64,000 nucleotides of DNA from Roseibacillus sp. (GTDB lineage: Bacteria; Verrucomicrobiota; Verrucomicrobiia; Verrucomicrobiales; Akkermansiaceae). The translations under genes were made by a program, and so were the position numbers. The first letter of the stretch is position 1; each line of letters starts with the position of its first letter. This document shows positions 20,212 through 29,747 of the stretch, piece after piece. The DNA is taken from NCBI GenBank assembly GCA_028821775.1, contig JAPKFB010000005.1, positions 26,257-90,256 of the forward strand, read 5' to 3'. A model generated the notes under the pieces. It was not told where the DNA came from, searched no databases, and saw nothing but the letters and a program-made list of their open reading frames with translations.

Positions 20212-20241
20212 AGCGGTTCTCTCCCGAGGACCGCTTTTTTG
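20212..20241 (+). terminator. Rho-independent terminator-like hairpin
   Basis: AGCGGTTCTC-TCCC-GAGGACCGCT followed by TTTTTT, directly after the PEP-CTERM gene. Confidence 0.55.
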
Positions 20242-20255
20242 AGCCCCTGTTCAGT

Positions 20256-20771
20256 TCAATTCTCCGGCGACTCCTTGGCCCGTGCCGCCTTCTTGGCTCG
20301 CGCTTCCCGGAAGAAGGATTGCAGGAGCCCAACGCACTCGTCCTCCCTCACCCCCCGGGTCACCTCACAGCGATGATTGAGGGGCGGATTCGAGTCCAGG
20401 AGATTGATCCACCCCCCCGCTGCTCCCGTCTTCAGATCCGGGCATCCAAAGACCACCCGCTCCGGCCGGCAGTGGACGATCGCACCGGCACACATCGGGC
20501 ATGGCTCCTTGGTCACATAAAGCGTGCAGCCTTCCAGCCGCCAGTCCTCCATCATGTTTTGCGCGGCGGTCAAGGCGAGCATTTCTGCGTGGGCCGTTGC
20601 GTCCTTGAGAGTCTCGATCTGGTTCCAACCGCGCGCAATCACGCGCGCCTCCCGCACCACCACCGCTCCGATCGGGACCTCCGCCGCCGCGTAGGCCTTC
20701 TGCGCTTCCCGCAGGGCCTGCTGCATGAAGTAGGTGTCGCTCTCGAGATCAATGATCGGGTCCTCGCTCAC
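20256..20771 (-). CDS. tadA: tRNA adenosine(34) deaminase
   Basis: HAEMLAL and TKEPCPMCAGAI zinc-binding motifs. The start is uncertain: GTG 20771, ATG 20726, or the ORF-track start 20837. Confidence 0.85.
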   Translation of the reverse strand: MSEDPIIDLESDTYFMQQALREAQKAYAAAEVPIGAVVVREARVIARGWNQIETLKDATAHAEMLALTAAQNMMEDWRLEGCTLYVTKEPCPMCAGAIVHCRPERVVFGCPDLKTGAAGGWINLLDSNPPLNHRCEVTRGVREDECVGLLQSFFREARAKKAARAKESPEN

Positions 20772-21209
20772 GGCGCACAGGCAAGCAGAACGATCTGGAA
20801 TACCCAAGCCCCGAGATTGCTCCCCACATCGTGTCATTGCTCGCCATTCGGATCTCTCATCGCTCCCCGAGGGAAGGGACCATCACCAATCTACAGTCCC
20901 ATTGAGAACCGACCACAATGGTGCCATGGGGACCCATGCAAATCGTGGCGATCCCCTTCCTGGGATCCACCGCACTCAGTTCCCCCGAGCCCAAACTCCT
21001 CGAGGACTCTCCATAAATACCGGGCTCTCCGTCTTGAACGACCCGCCGGGAACCTTCGGCGAGCGCTGGTGTTCAAAAAAGAGCCCCGCGACTTGGCGAG
21101 TTCCTGAGTAATCGTGAATCTCCCTCCGCGCCGCAGCTCCAGCTGGCGGTAGAACTCTTCGCTCTCCTCCACCACGACCTCCACACCCGCTGATTAGGCA
21201 GATACCTCG

Positions 21210-21581
21210 ATGAGTAGCCTCCACCGCTCCGCTGCCGCCTTCCCCGAGTCGCTCGCCCGCGAGGATTACTGCGCCGCCCGTCCCTTCCTGGCTGACGATT
21301 GCTCCTATCAGCTCTGCGAAACAAAGATCTTGGGCGCAGATCAGATCATCGAGAGCTACCCAGCGCACGGAGAAGTTGGCCCGCAGAAATTCGATCAGGT
21401 CGCCTCCGAGAGTTCGGTTGAAATCCCCGGAGAGGACTCCGCCATCCTGCACTATCCGGACACCATCACTCACGGAGGCGAGACCCACGTCCACCAATGT
21501 CGCCAACACATCTTGTGGGCCCGGACGGGTGCATCCCCACCATCGGACATGACGACCTTGCGGGCGAGGTTACAGGATTGA
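21210..21581 (+). CDS. NTF2/SnoaL-like protein, apparently frameshifted near its 3' end
   Basis: Good GC3 bias on the plus strand, so the overlapping 177-aa minus ORF is treated as a shadow. The conserved-looking tail DGCIPTIGHDDLAGEVTGLTAFKNRL appears in the -1 frame from about 21512, ending at TAG 21617-21619. Confidence 0.5.
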   Translation: MSSLHRSAAAFPESLAREDYCAARPFLADDCSYQLCETKILGADQIIESYPAHGEVGPQKFDQVASESSVEIPGEDSAILHYPDTITHGGETHVHQCRQHILWARTGASPPSDMTTLRARLQD

Positions 21582-21709
21582 CCGCGTTCAAAAATCGCCT
21601 TCGCCCAAGTCCCTCCTAGGCAGAAGGGCGCATGGCTCAAGCTCATCACCTCCGATCCCTGCGGGCGATTGAGACCTGCGCAGAATTCTGCCGATCCCAG
21701 GCTCCACCC

Positions 21710-22609
21710 TCAGGCCTCCAAAGAGATGCCGAGCGCCGCGCGGATCAACCGCAGGGCGTCAGGCCACAGGTCATCCAAGGTTGTCTTCCTGGGAGCCTGC
21801 GCTGCGCCCTCGGCAGGGCGAATCTTGATCCCCATGCGAATCTCTCCGAGCTTGCTTCGCCCAATTTTGCGATGCCCTTCTTCCATCGCCACCCCGGCTT
21901 TTGGATCAACAACCACAAGATCGATCACAACGGAGGTCCCCTGATTCTGCTTCCCGATCTGCACTCCGCCAGCGATCCAGTGGCGACCCAAATGCCACCC
22001 CTTTGGCACCACCGGGCGCAACTTCGTGATCATGGCGAGATCAGGAGGAAGAGGTCCCTCCGCCACCTCCAGGGTCACCTGCCCCGAAGGCGGGAGATTC
22101 GTGAACGTCGCCTTTGAATTCACCGGGAGCCCTTCGCTATCCAAGATCCGCAGTCCCTCTTCCATCATCGGTAGTTCTCCCGGCAGCCCGGGATGGCGAA
22201 ATTGATACGAGCCCGCCATGGAAAGTTCGAACTCCTCCGCTGCATCAATGCCGCCGGCGATCACAACCACCATGCCCGGAGGAAATCGGAGAACATCCTG
22301 AAGGGTTTCACAACCCGCCAAGGTCGCAGAAATCACGGGTACTTTCCGTTCTTTCTCATAGGTGACCTCTAGCGTGCTCTCGGCATGAGCCAGGTTCTGG
22401 ATATCGGCATACACCGTTTCCTTGCCGATGTTCTTCCCCTCCAGCCGAAAGGTGAGCTGCTTGCCCACCTGCGGACTCTCCAGCAACGGCACCACCCGCG
22501 TCGTCAGCCCTTCCTTGTTGGGGGGGCCCCACTCCGTTTCAGCGTGCGTCAGAGTCGCTGCAAATACCATCGCACAGGCGCAAAGCTTCAGGCGGCAGGA
22601 GAGCGTCAT
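21710..22609 (-). CDS. Hypothetical exported protein
   Basis: Signal peptide MTLSCRLKLCACAMVFAATLTHA. No recognisable domain. Confidence 0.55.
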   Translation of the reverse strand: MTLSCRLKLCACAMVFAATLTHAETEWGPPNKEGLTTRVVPLLESPQVGKQLTFRLEGKNIGKETVYADIQNLAHAESTLEVTYEKERKVPVISATLAGCETLQDVLRFPPGMVVVIAGGIDAAEEFELSMAGSYQFRHPGLPGELPMMEEGLRILDSEGLPVNSKATFTNLPPSGQVTLEVAEGPLPPDLAMITKLRPVVPKGWHLGRHWIAGGVQIGKQNQGTSVVIDLVVVDPKAGVAMEEGHRKIGRSKLGEIRMGIKIRPAEGAAQAPRKTTLDDLWPDALRLIRAALGISLEA

Positions 22610-22713
22610 GTGGCTCTCATAGTCTCCCCGGGGATTCTCCGGTGTAAAGGACAGGAACCGGGTAGCCCAAAAAAGGCCTTCGCCGCTTCGCCCTTGGGAG
22701 TTAAACCACTCGC

Positions 22714-23388
22714 GTGAAGCGCTGGACTCCTACCGATCGTATTGTCGCTCCCTCTGTTCTTGCTGCCGACTTTTCGCGTATCGCCGAAGAATGCTCGCGG
22801 GCCATCGCAGCCGGTGGCGACTGGCTGCACCTCGATGTCATGGACGGACATTTCGTCGACAACATCTCCTTCGGCCCCGCCATGGTGGAAGCCATCCACG
22901 CTACCAACGATATCTTCCTCGACCTCCATCTCATGATCACGAAGCCGGATCACTTCCTCCCGCAGTTCGTGAAGGCAGGTGCGGACTTGATCTCTGTCCA
23001 CGTGGAATCTGAAGCCGATCACGACATCGCCACCACCTTGGCCGCCATCCGCAACGCTGGTTGCCTGGCAGGCCTGGCGCTCAACCCGGCTACTCCTCTT
23101 CGAGACGTCGAACCCTACCTCGACCAGATCGATCTCCTCCTTGTCATGACGGTCATTCCCGGTTTCGGAGGGCAGTCCTTCATGCCTGAAGTCATGCCCA
23201 AGATTGAAGAAGCGATCCGCCTCCGCCACCAGCGTGGGCTCAGCTTCCACCTCGAGGTGGACGGAGGCATCGATTCCACCACCGCCATCACCGCGGCAAG
23301 TGCGGGAGCCAACGTCTTTGTCGCGGGCTCTTCCACCTTCAAAGCCCCGGACATGGGCACGGCCGTGCGGGCCATTCGTGGAGCCTGA
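22714..23388 (+). CDS. rpe: Ribulose-phosphate 3-epimerase
   Basis: IVAPSVLAADFSRIAEE...LHLDVMDGHFVDNISFGP and VMTVIPGFGGQSF are signatures. Confidence 0.92.
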   Translation: MKRWTPTDRIVAPSVLAADFSRIAEECSRAIAAGGDWLHLDVMDGHFVDNISFGPAMVEAIHATNDIFLDLHLMITKPDHFLPQFVKAGADLISVHVESEADHDIATTLAAIRNAGCLAGLALNPATPLRDVEPYLDQIDLLLVMTVIPGFGGQSFMPEVMPKIEEAIRLRHQRGLSFHLEVDGGIDSTTAITAASAGANVFVAGSSTFKAPDMGTAVRAIRGA

Positions 23389-23480
23389 TGATCTGTCGGA
23401 ATCAAGAATCCCCCTGATTCCAAACAACTTGGACAATTTCCATCGCTTCCCTCACGTAACTACGCTCAAATCAATACCCC

Positions 23481-24527
23481 ATGAAAAATACTGTCATGAT
23501 CGGCCTCCTCTGCCTCGGGATTGGATTTGGAGCAGCCCGGCTCCTCCTTCCCAACCCTGAAGACCCGGAGAGCAAGGACATCCAGAAGAGCCCGAGCTCG
23601 ACTCCCGGTGATCCCAAGCGCTCCGCGGATCTCTCCGCCGAGATCGCCAAGTCCGATCGCCCCGATCCCTCCGCCGTCATCCTCAACGGCAGGGAAGCAG
23701 ACCCGAACGGTGAAGAGATTCAGCAACGATTCCGGACCGGACAGGACCGTTTCCGAAAAATCATGGCCGAGCGGCAGAAAAATAAGGAAGAGGCCACGAT
23801 CCAGAAGCTGGTCGATCGACTCGGTCTGACCGATGCCCAGGCCGACAAACTCCGTGCCTATTTCGCCAAGAATCGCGAAGAACTGGAAGCCTTGATGGCG
23901 GACGGCGACGGCGACTGGCGCAAGATGAGACGGCTCACCAAATCGTTGGGCGACGACGCCCTCGATTCAGCCCTCGCCGACATTCTCACCGACGAACAGA
24001 AAACTGCTCATGAAGAGATGAAGCAGCGCGATCTCGCCAACAAGGTCGAAGCCCGCGCATACCGGGATCTCGCCACAATCCAAGGTATCCTTGACCTGAA
24101 CCCGGAGCAAAAGGATCAAGTCTACGCAATCCTCCACAAAGACGCCGCCCAAAAGACCGAATCAAACCGGGAAGCCAACTCCATCGTCGCCACTATCACC
24201 GAAGGCATTGGACTGGATATCAATCCAGATGACCTCGGAATCGGATTTTCCGGCGCGATCCAGAGCTTTGTCAATCGAGCCGAGAACGGAGAACAGCCCA
24301 GCGAAAATCGCGGAGAGATCCTCCAGTCCATCCGGGACAATCAGCAGCAGGAGATCGACAACAAGGTCGAGCTCCTTGCTCCCGTCCTCGATGAAGGACA
24401 AGAGGACGCTTACCGCACTCACCTAGAAACCCGCGGAGGAGGCCTTTTCGGAGGCTTGCTCCAGGGTGGGGGAATCAGCGGGGAATCCTTTCCCACTGCT
24501 CCTGCGCCCGCTCCAGAGAGTGAGTAG
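23481..24527 (+). CDS. Exported helical protein with LTXXQ-type repeats (Spy/CpxP-like)
   Basis: Signal/anchor MKNTVMIGLLCLGIGFGAA. Repeats LTDAQADKL, LTDEQKTAH and LNPEQKDQV. Highly charged helical sequence. Confidence 0.6.
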   Translation: MKNTVMIGLLCLGIGFGAARLLLPNPEDPESKDIQKSPSSTPGDPKRSADLSAEIAKSDRPDPSAVILNGREADPNGEEIQQRFRTGQDRFRKIMAERQKNKEEATIQKLVDRLGLTDAQADKLRAYFAKNREELEALMADGDGDWRKMRRLTKSLGDDALDSALADILTDEQKTAHEEMKQRDLANKVEARAYRDLATIQGILDLNPEQKDQVYAILHKDAAQKTESNREANSIVATITEGIGLDINPDDLGIGFSGAIQSFVNRAENGEQPSENRGEILQSIRDNQQQEIDNKVELLAPVLDEGQEDAYRTHLETRGGGLFGGLLQGGGISGESFPTAPAPAPESE

Positions 24528-24628
24528 GGCCCCCCAGCACCTCAACATTTCATCCCCTCGACCTGCAAAGCGCAGCCGGAGGGATTTCTTGTTGGCGGGG
24601 AACGCCCTTCACCGCTACCTGTCCTCCC

Positions 24629-25528
24629 ATGATTCGGATCAACGGAGAGCTCATTGACCCAAACCTCCTTGAGGAAGCCTTTGCGCGCATCAAGTCCGAG
24701 GCGGAAATGCGCCTCCAGGTGTCCTGCTGTGAGCGCGACCCTGAATTCATGGCCAAGGCCGAGGAAGAGGTCATCGACTCGGTGCTCATCGCACAGGAAG
24801 CCGAATCCCGCTACCCGACCTTGCCTGACGAGGAAGTCAAAGCGCGCTTCGAGAAGACCATCAAGGAGTTTCGCAAACACGGTGCGAGTTGGGACATGAT
24901 CGAGGCCCAGCGCGACCAACTTCACAATGAGTGCGAGGCCAACCTGCGCATGGAGACATTTCTCGACCATGTGCTGGCCGGCAAAACGGACGTCACGGAG
25001 GAAGATCTCCGCACCTACTACGAGGAACACCAGCGTGAGTTTCGCTCCACCGCTGAAGTGCGGGTCCTCCATCTCATGAAGTCCCTCGAAAAACACGAGG
25101 ATCCTGTCCTTCTCCTCGAGCAGATGGACGAACTCCGCGAAAACCTCCTCCAGGGCGCCAACTTTGAAGAGATCGCCAAGCATGAGACAGAAAAGGAGTC
25201 GGGCGAGATCGATCTGGGCTGGATCGCCTTCGATCGGCCTTCAAATCCGATTGAATCCATCATGTTCACCATGCGCCAGGATGAAGTCAGCCCGGTTGTT
25301 GCCTACGAGCATTGTTACCATCTTCTCAAGATTGCAGAGATCAAACCAGCGGTCGTGAAACCATTTGATGACCTGCGTGATGACATTGCGCAACGTGTGG
25401 AGTTCCAGAAGAGGAGGAATGCTCTTAGGGAATTCGCGACGGGACTCCGCGAGGGCGCCATCGTGGAACACGTCGATTTCTCAGGCGAGGACGAGGACGA
25501 GCAAGATGCTGCCCCGAGCGCAAGCTAG
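24629..25528 (+). CDS. Parvulin-type peptidyl-prolyl cis-trans isomerase (SurA/PrsA-like)
   Basis: The C-terminal block VRVLHLM...GANFEEIAK...GEIDLGWI...DEVSPVV...CYHLLKIAE matches a PpiC/rotamase domain. Confidence 0.75.
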   Translation: MIRINGELIDPNLLEEAFARIKSEAEMRLQVSCCERDPEFMAKAEEEVIDSVLIAQEAESRYPTLPDEEVKARFEKTIKEFRKHGASWDMIEAQRDQLHNECEANLRMETFLDHVLAGKTDVTEEDLRTYYEEHQREFRSTAEVRVLHLMKSLEKHEDPVLLLEQMDELRENLLQGANFEEIAKHETEKESGEIDLGWIAFDRPSNPIESIMFTMRQDEVSPVVAYEHCYHLLKIAEIKPAVVKPFDDLRDDIAQRVEFQKRRNALREFATGLREGAIVEHVDFSGEDEDEQDAAPSAS

Positions 25529-25572
25529 GGGATGACCGGGAATTGTCCCCTTCCGCGCAGCGAGGCCTTCGC

Positions 25573-25794
25573 CTACTTCATCCCCTTGTTGTATTTCATC
25601 CACTCTTCCAGACGCGCCGTCCAGCCGGCTGAATCCACTCGCCCGGACGGTCCGTAGCCATGTCCCCCCTGCGAAAATCCCATCATCCCGATCTGGTTGG
25701 ATTCAACGCCCCGCTCCTTGCGCTTGAATCGCATGGTCCGGATCGCTCGCCGCACATCCAGCTGGGAAATCGCGAAATCGACGGATGTTCGAGG
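25573..25794 (-). pseudogene. Possible alpha/beta-hydrolase gene stub
   Basis: About 70 codons containing only a nucleophile-elbow region (VESNQIGMMGFSQGGHG). The flanking parts of the fold are absent. The stub is in the same frame as, and directly behind, the FtsX permease stop codon. Confidence 0.3.
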
Positions 25795-28700
25795 TCAAAT
25801 CCCGAAAGCCGCCTGCCTCCGATAGCCCACCCGATAACCAACCCACGCCCAGAGTAGGCTGTTCAGGGCAATCGCGACCACGAGTCCGCCGAGCCCAAGC
25901 AAGGTCTTCATCGGTGGCGTCCCAGTCACGGCCGGCAGGATCGCAACCAGCGAGGCGATCAGTCCGATTCCAAGTCCCCACCCGATGAAGGTCCTCACTT
26001 CTTTGAAGATCACCTCCTTGGTGACCGCTTGGGTAATCCCGATCGTCGCCAGGACTTGGAATTCGCCGCGGCGTTCCGCAAGATTGCGCGCCGTCACGAT
26101 GCCCAGTCCGGCGCTCCCCAAGATCAATCCGAGACCCCCAAGCACGTGAAAGATTGCGATGTAGGTGTTTTCCACGCCGTGGAATCCTTCCAGTCGTTCC
26201 TGGGTTCGCGTGATCGTGCTTCCCCGATCGGCGGTCACTTTTTGCAACTCCTCCCGCGCCGCAGCTAGCTCACCAGGAACATCGGCAAGAAACAATTGGT
26301 AGCCTTCCTGGGAGGGATAGAATTTCAGGAAGGCCTCTTCATCTACCACCAAGCTTCCCTGGAAGACGCTGTCCGCGAGGGCCCCCGTGATTTCGATTTC
26401 AAAATCCCCTCCCCATTCGTCGGTATAGGGAATGCGATCGCCAACCTTCTTTTTCAGCACCCACATCATGGTGGTCTGATCGATGAAGGCCCGGAGCACC
26501 CGCTCTTCCGAGGAGTCCCTGAGCAACTCCCAACCCCGCTCGATCGCGAGGCCCTTGCCCACTGCCTTGAGTGCAAAGGCATCACGCTCTGCGAGAGCCG
26601 CAACATCAGTCGCCAACAACCGCGGGCGAGTTGCCTTGTTCAAGTTGAAGCAACTTGCATCATCTCCCACCCCCATCCGGAAGGGCCGGATCTCACCAAG
26701 CAGATCACGCTGATCTCCAAGTTCGAAGTAGTCGGGATCCTTCTTCGCATCGGCGGTCCGATTGATCGGATTGGTCGTTTCGATCCAGAACGCGAAGCCC
26801 CCAGCTCCACTGGATTTCTCCGCCCACTCCTCGCCGCCGTGTTTCTGAAAAGCCGTCACCGCGATCACGAGAAACACCCCGCAGGCCAGGGTTCCGACCA
26901 CCACCAGGCTGCGGGTCGGCCGCCGGCCGCTGTTGAGGGTCGCCAAGGATCTCGCAGAGATGGCCTCCAGTTTGCGCCCTCCGCTCCATCCGAGCCACGC
27001 GCGATAGTTCAGAAGACCGGCGATCAGGAAGAACATTCCTGAGAGGAAGAAGGCCGCCTGGGGACCCATCGCACCACTCGCCACGATGCAGCCTAACCCT
27101 GCCACCAGGCACAGGAATTCCGCGATGAGAATCCGACGCACCTTCGATGCTCCTCGTCGTACCTCTTCGGTCCCGGCTTCCAAGCGCAAGGTCGCGTTTT
27201 TCTTTCCCTGCTTTCGCACCGTGAGCCAAATCACCAGCATGGAGATCTCCACGAACACCGCGAGCCCACTGAGCATCGTGAAGGGGTTGAAATGAAATTT
27301 GAAAAGCGAATCGGTGGTTCCCTCGTTCCAGATCGTTTCGAGAAAACGGAGAATGCCAATGCTGTAGGCAACCGCAATTCCGAGACCCACCATTCCACCT
27401 GCGATCACAATTAGGAGACCCTCCCACAACCGCCAACGCAGCACTTTTTTTGCGGGGATCCCCAAGGCCGACAAGAGGCCGCTCTCCCGGTTCCGTTGCT
27501 CGATGTTGAAGCGAAACAACATCGTGGTGAGAGTAATCGAAGCCACGATGAGAAAAAAACTCATGCTGAGAAAGAGAGTCGCAATGTCCACCGGCGACTT
27601 GGCTGCCGCAATCGCTTCCTCCCGCAGGTCCCGCAGGAGTAGGCCCGCCATTTGCGGATGGAAGACTGTGAGCAATTCCCCTTCGAATTCGTTCTTCCCG
27701 GCCTCTGCGATCGGAACGCGCAGCGAGGTGGAATTCCCCCAACGATTTCCGAAGAGCTCGCGGCCCCGCTCCTCCGTGATGAACGCCTTCGGGGTCCCAC
27801 GGTAGTCGTCCCAATAGTCTTCATCCACCTGCCGAATCCGGCCCAGGTCAAGGGGCAGACCGGGCGCCCAGTCCTGCGCGTCTTCGGCCTCGGCCACCCC
27901 CGGAAAGTCCGGCATCCATAGGCGGTCCGCGGCGAGGCCTTCCAAAGGAATGATGCTGCGCACCTTGAACTCAGCAGTGACCTCTGACAGTCGATTGCCA
28001 CGACCGAGGCTGAAATACGTCACCCTGAGGGGCTGCCCGGGCGATACCCCCAGGTCCTTCGCCAGCCATTCATTGATCACGATGTCGTCCTGCACAAAAT
28101 CATCCGGCAGGAATGGCGCGCCCCTTGCTCCCACCGCCGCGATGAGCGAGTAAGGCGTTTCCTTCCCATTGGCCGCAAAGGTGTTGACCAGATAACTGGT
28201 GACCGGAAGGGCGCTTGCATAGCGACCGATCACGGCATCCACGATTTGCGGCTCAAGAAAAATGCGAGCTGAACGAAGTTCCGTTGCCTGCGCAAGAGGG
28301 ATATCGACCAGGGAAAATCCATAGTCCGCCAGCTTCATGCGGTTGCGAATGCGCGCCAACAAACTCTCGTCGAATTTCTTGCTTCGGTCGTGGGATCCCA
28401 GCAGGAGAAGATTCGCCTGCGCGGGTTGATCGATGACCTGCTGCAGTCGCTTGAGCGGAACAAAAACTGTCGGAGTCGGCAACTGGGTCGCCACCAGGTT
28501 GAACCCCCCAAATTGAGGGGCATCCAGAACCTCCCGCACCTTGGCTCGAAAACTGATCACGTCCTCGGCTTCTCCCGAAAGGGGAGCATCACGAGACAAC
28601 ATCCCGGGTTCCTGCAGGCGCAGGATCACGGAGTCGCCAGGTGCCAACCCGAGAGAGGCGGCCAAGTGATCGTTCACTGCGACCTCCCGATCCGGCAGCT

Positions 28701-29076
28701 CAAGCGCCATTCCGTCACTCGGTGCAAAGTCCCAAAACGATTCGTCTACTCCCAGGATCTGGACCTGACCCAATGCCCGCCCGCTCTTCTGGCTGCTGAG
28801 CTGTCCCTTCAACAACAGCACCGGCGCACTTCGCAGGCCCTCCCCGCGCACTTCTGCAGCCAGTTCATCTCGAAAGAATCCCTCTCCCGCGATGAAGATC
28901 TGATCGATCTTTCCAACCCGATTCCTCGCAACTTCACGGAGCGTTTCCTTGACCGAGTCACCGGCCAGAAGCGCACCCAAGAGCACCGTGGCACCCAGAA
29001 CCGCTCCTGCCCAAACGCCGAGATAAGACAGCTTGAAGTGCCAGATCCCCCGACGGATGAAGGTCAAAGCATTCAT
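25795..29076 (-). CDS. ABC transporter permease with two FtsX domains (MacB/LolCE-like, 1093 aa)
   Basis: Two FtsX-type 4-TM modules (RESGLLSALGIPAKKVLRWRLWEGLL... and RRGEFQVLATIGITQAVTKEVIFKEV...) separated by large periplasmic regions. Start overlaps the ATPase stop (ATGA). Confidence 0.85.
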   Translation of the reverse strand: MNALTFIRRGIWHFKLSYLGVWAGAVLGATVLLGALLAGDSVKETLREVARNRVGKIDQIFIAGEGFFRDELAAEVRGEGLRSAPVLLLKGQLSSQKSGRALGQVQILGVDESFWDFAPSDGMALELPDREVAVNDHLAASLGLAPGDSVILRLQEPGMLSRDAPLSGEAEDVISFRAKVREVLDAPQFGGFNLVATQLPTPTVFVPLKRLQQVIDQPAQANLLLLGSHDRSKKFDESLLARIRNRMKLADYGFSLVDIPLAQATELRSARIFLEPQIVDAVIGRYASALPVTSYLVNTFAANGKETPYSLIAAVGARGAPFLPDDFVQDDIVINEWLAKDLGVSPGQPLRVTYFSLGRGNRLSEVTAEFKVRSIIPLEGLAADRLWMPDFPGVAEAEDAQDWAPGLPLDLGRIRQVDEDYWDDYRGTPKAFITEERGRELFGNRWGNSTSLRVPIAEAGKNEFEGELLTVFHPQMAGLLLRDLREEAIAAAKSPVDIATLFLSMSFFLIVASITLTTMLFRFNIEQRNRESGLLSALGIPAKKVLRWRLWEGLLIVIAGGMVGLGIAVAYSIGILRFLETIWNEGTTDSLFKFHFNPFTMLSGLAVFVEISMLVIWLTVRKQGKKNATLRLEAGTEEVRRGASKVRRILIAEFLCLVAGLGCIVASGAMGPQAAFFLSGMFFLIAGLLNYRAWLGWSGGRKLEAISARSLATLNSGRRPTRSLVVVGTLACGVFLVIAVTAFQKHGGEEWAEKSSGAGGFAFWIETTNPINRTADAKKDPDYFELGDQRDLLGEIRPFRMGVGDDASCFNLNKATRPRLLATDVAALAERDAFALKAVGKGLAIERGWELLRDSSEERVLRAFIDQTTMMWVLKKKVGDRIPYTDEWGGDFEIEITGALADSVFQGSLVVDEEAFLKFYPSQEGYQLFLADVPGELAAAREELQKVTADRGSTITRTQERLEGFHGVENTYIAIFHVLGGLGLILGSAGLGIVTARNLAERRGEFQVLATIGITQAVTKEVIFKEVRTFIGWGLGIGLIASLVAILPAVTGTPPMKTLLGLGGLVVAIALNSLLWAWVGYRVGYRRQAAFGI

Positions 29077-29747
29077 CGCTTTTCCAGTCTGCCACCACGA
29101 AGTTCGTAGTAGTTCTGCATCCGCTTCGCAAGAGCCGGGTTGTGGGTCACCACGATCAGAGTGACGCCCTTCTCTTCATTGAGCTGGACCAGAAGATCGG
29201 CCACCACCTCCGTCGTTTCCTCATCAAGCGAACCCGTCGGTTCATCCGCCAGAATCAGATCGGGCTCGTTCACCAGGGCCCGTGCGAGAGCCGTGCGCAA
29301 GCGCTCGCCTCCTGAGAGTTGATGGGGAAAGTGTCCCAGCCGGTCCTGCAACCCAACTTCCTCAAGAAGGGCCTTGGCTCGCTCGGTAGTGACCCCTTCG
29401 GCCTCCTCCCAGTCCCCGGCAAGCCGGGGAAGAATGACATTCTCCAGGAGAGTGCACTGCGGCAAGAGATGATGGTTCTGAAACACAAAGCCCAGCGAAC
29501 GATTGCGAAAGGCCGCGGCTTCTTCTTCGCTGAATCCGGCAACGTCTCTGCCGTCGATCTCAATGCGACCTTCGGTGGGACGGTCCAGCGCTCCCAGCAA
29601 ATTCAGCAAGGTCGTCTTTCCACTCCCGGAGGGGCCCACCACCGAGGCGGTCTCCCCCTTTCCAACTGTGAGGCAGATTCCATCGAGCACCCGCAATGAT
29701 TCGCCGGGCATCTCGTACGCTTTGTTGACACTCTGAACCTCAATCAT
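29073..29747 (-). CDS. ABC transporter ATP-binding protein (LolD/MacB type)
   Basis: Walker A GPSGSGKTT, signature LSGGERLR, Walker B LILADEPT. ATG 29747 overlaps the upstream ligase stop (ATGA); the alternative ORF-track start is 29765. Confidence 0.9.
   Translation of the reverse strand: MIEVQSVNKAYEMPGESLRVLDGICLTVGKGETASVVGPSGSGKTTLLNLLGALDRPTEGRIEIDGRDVAGFSEEEAAAFRNRSLGFVFQNHHLLPQCTLLENVILPRLAGDWEEAEGVTTERAKALLEEVGLQDRLGHFPHQLSGGERLRTALARALVNEPDLILADEPTGSLDEETTEVVADLLVQLNEEKGVTLIVVTHNPALAKRMQNYYELRGGRLEKR

Noticed and set aside
20838-21209. Possible small minus-strand gene upstream of tadA (97-aa ORF MEVVVEESEEFYRQLELRRGGRF...).
   Set aside because: The GC3 signal appears to switch frame around the T6 run near 21085 and again further on. 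No frame yields a recognisable family. I could not decide between a decayed gene and non-coding DNA, so no feature was called.
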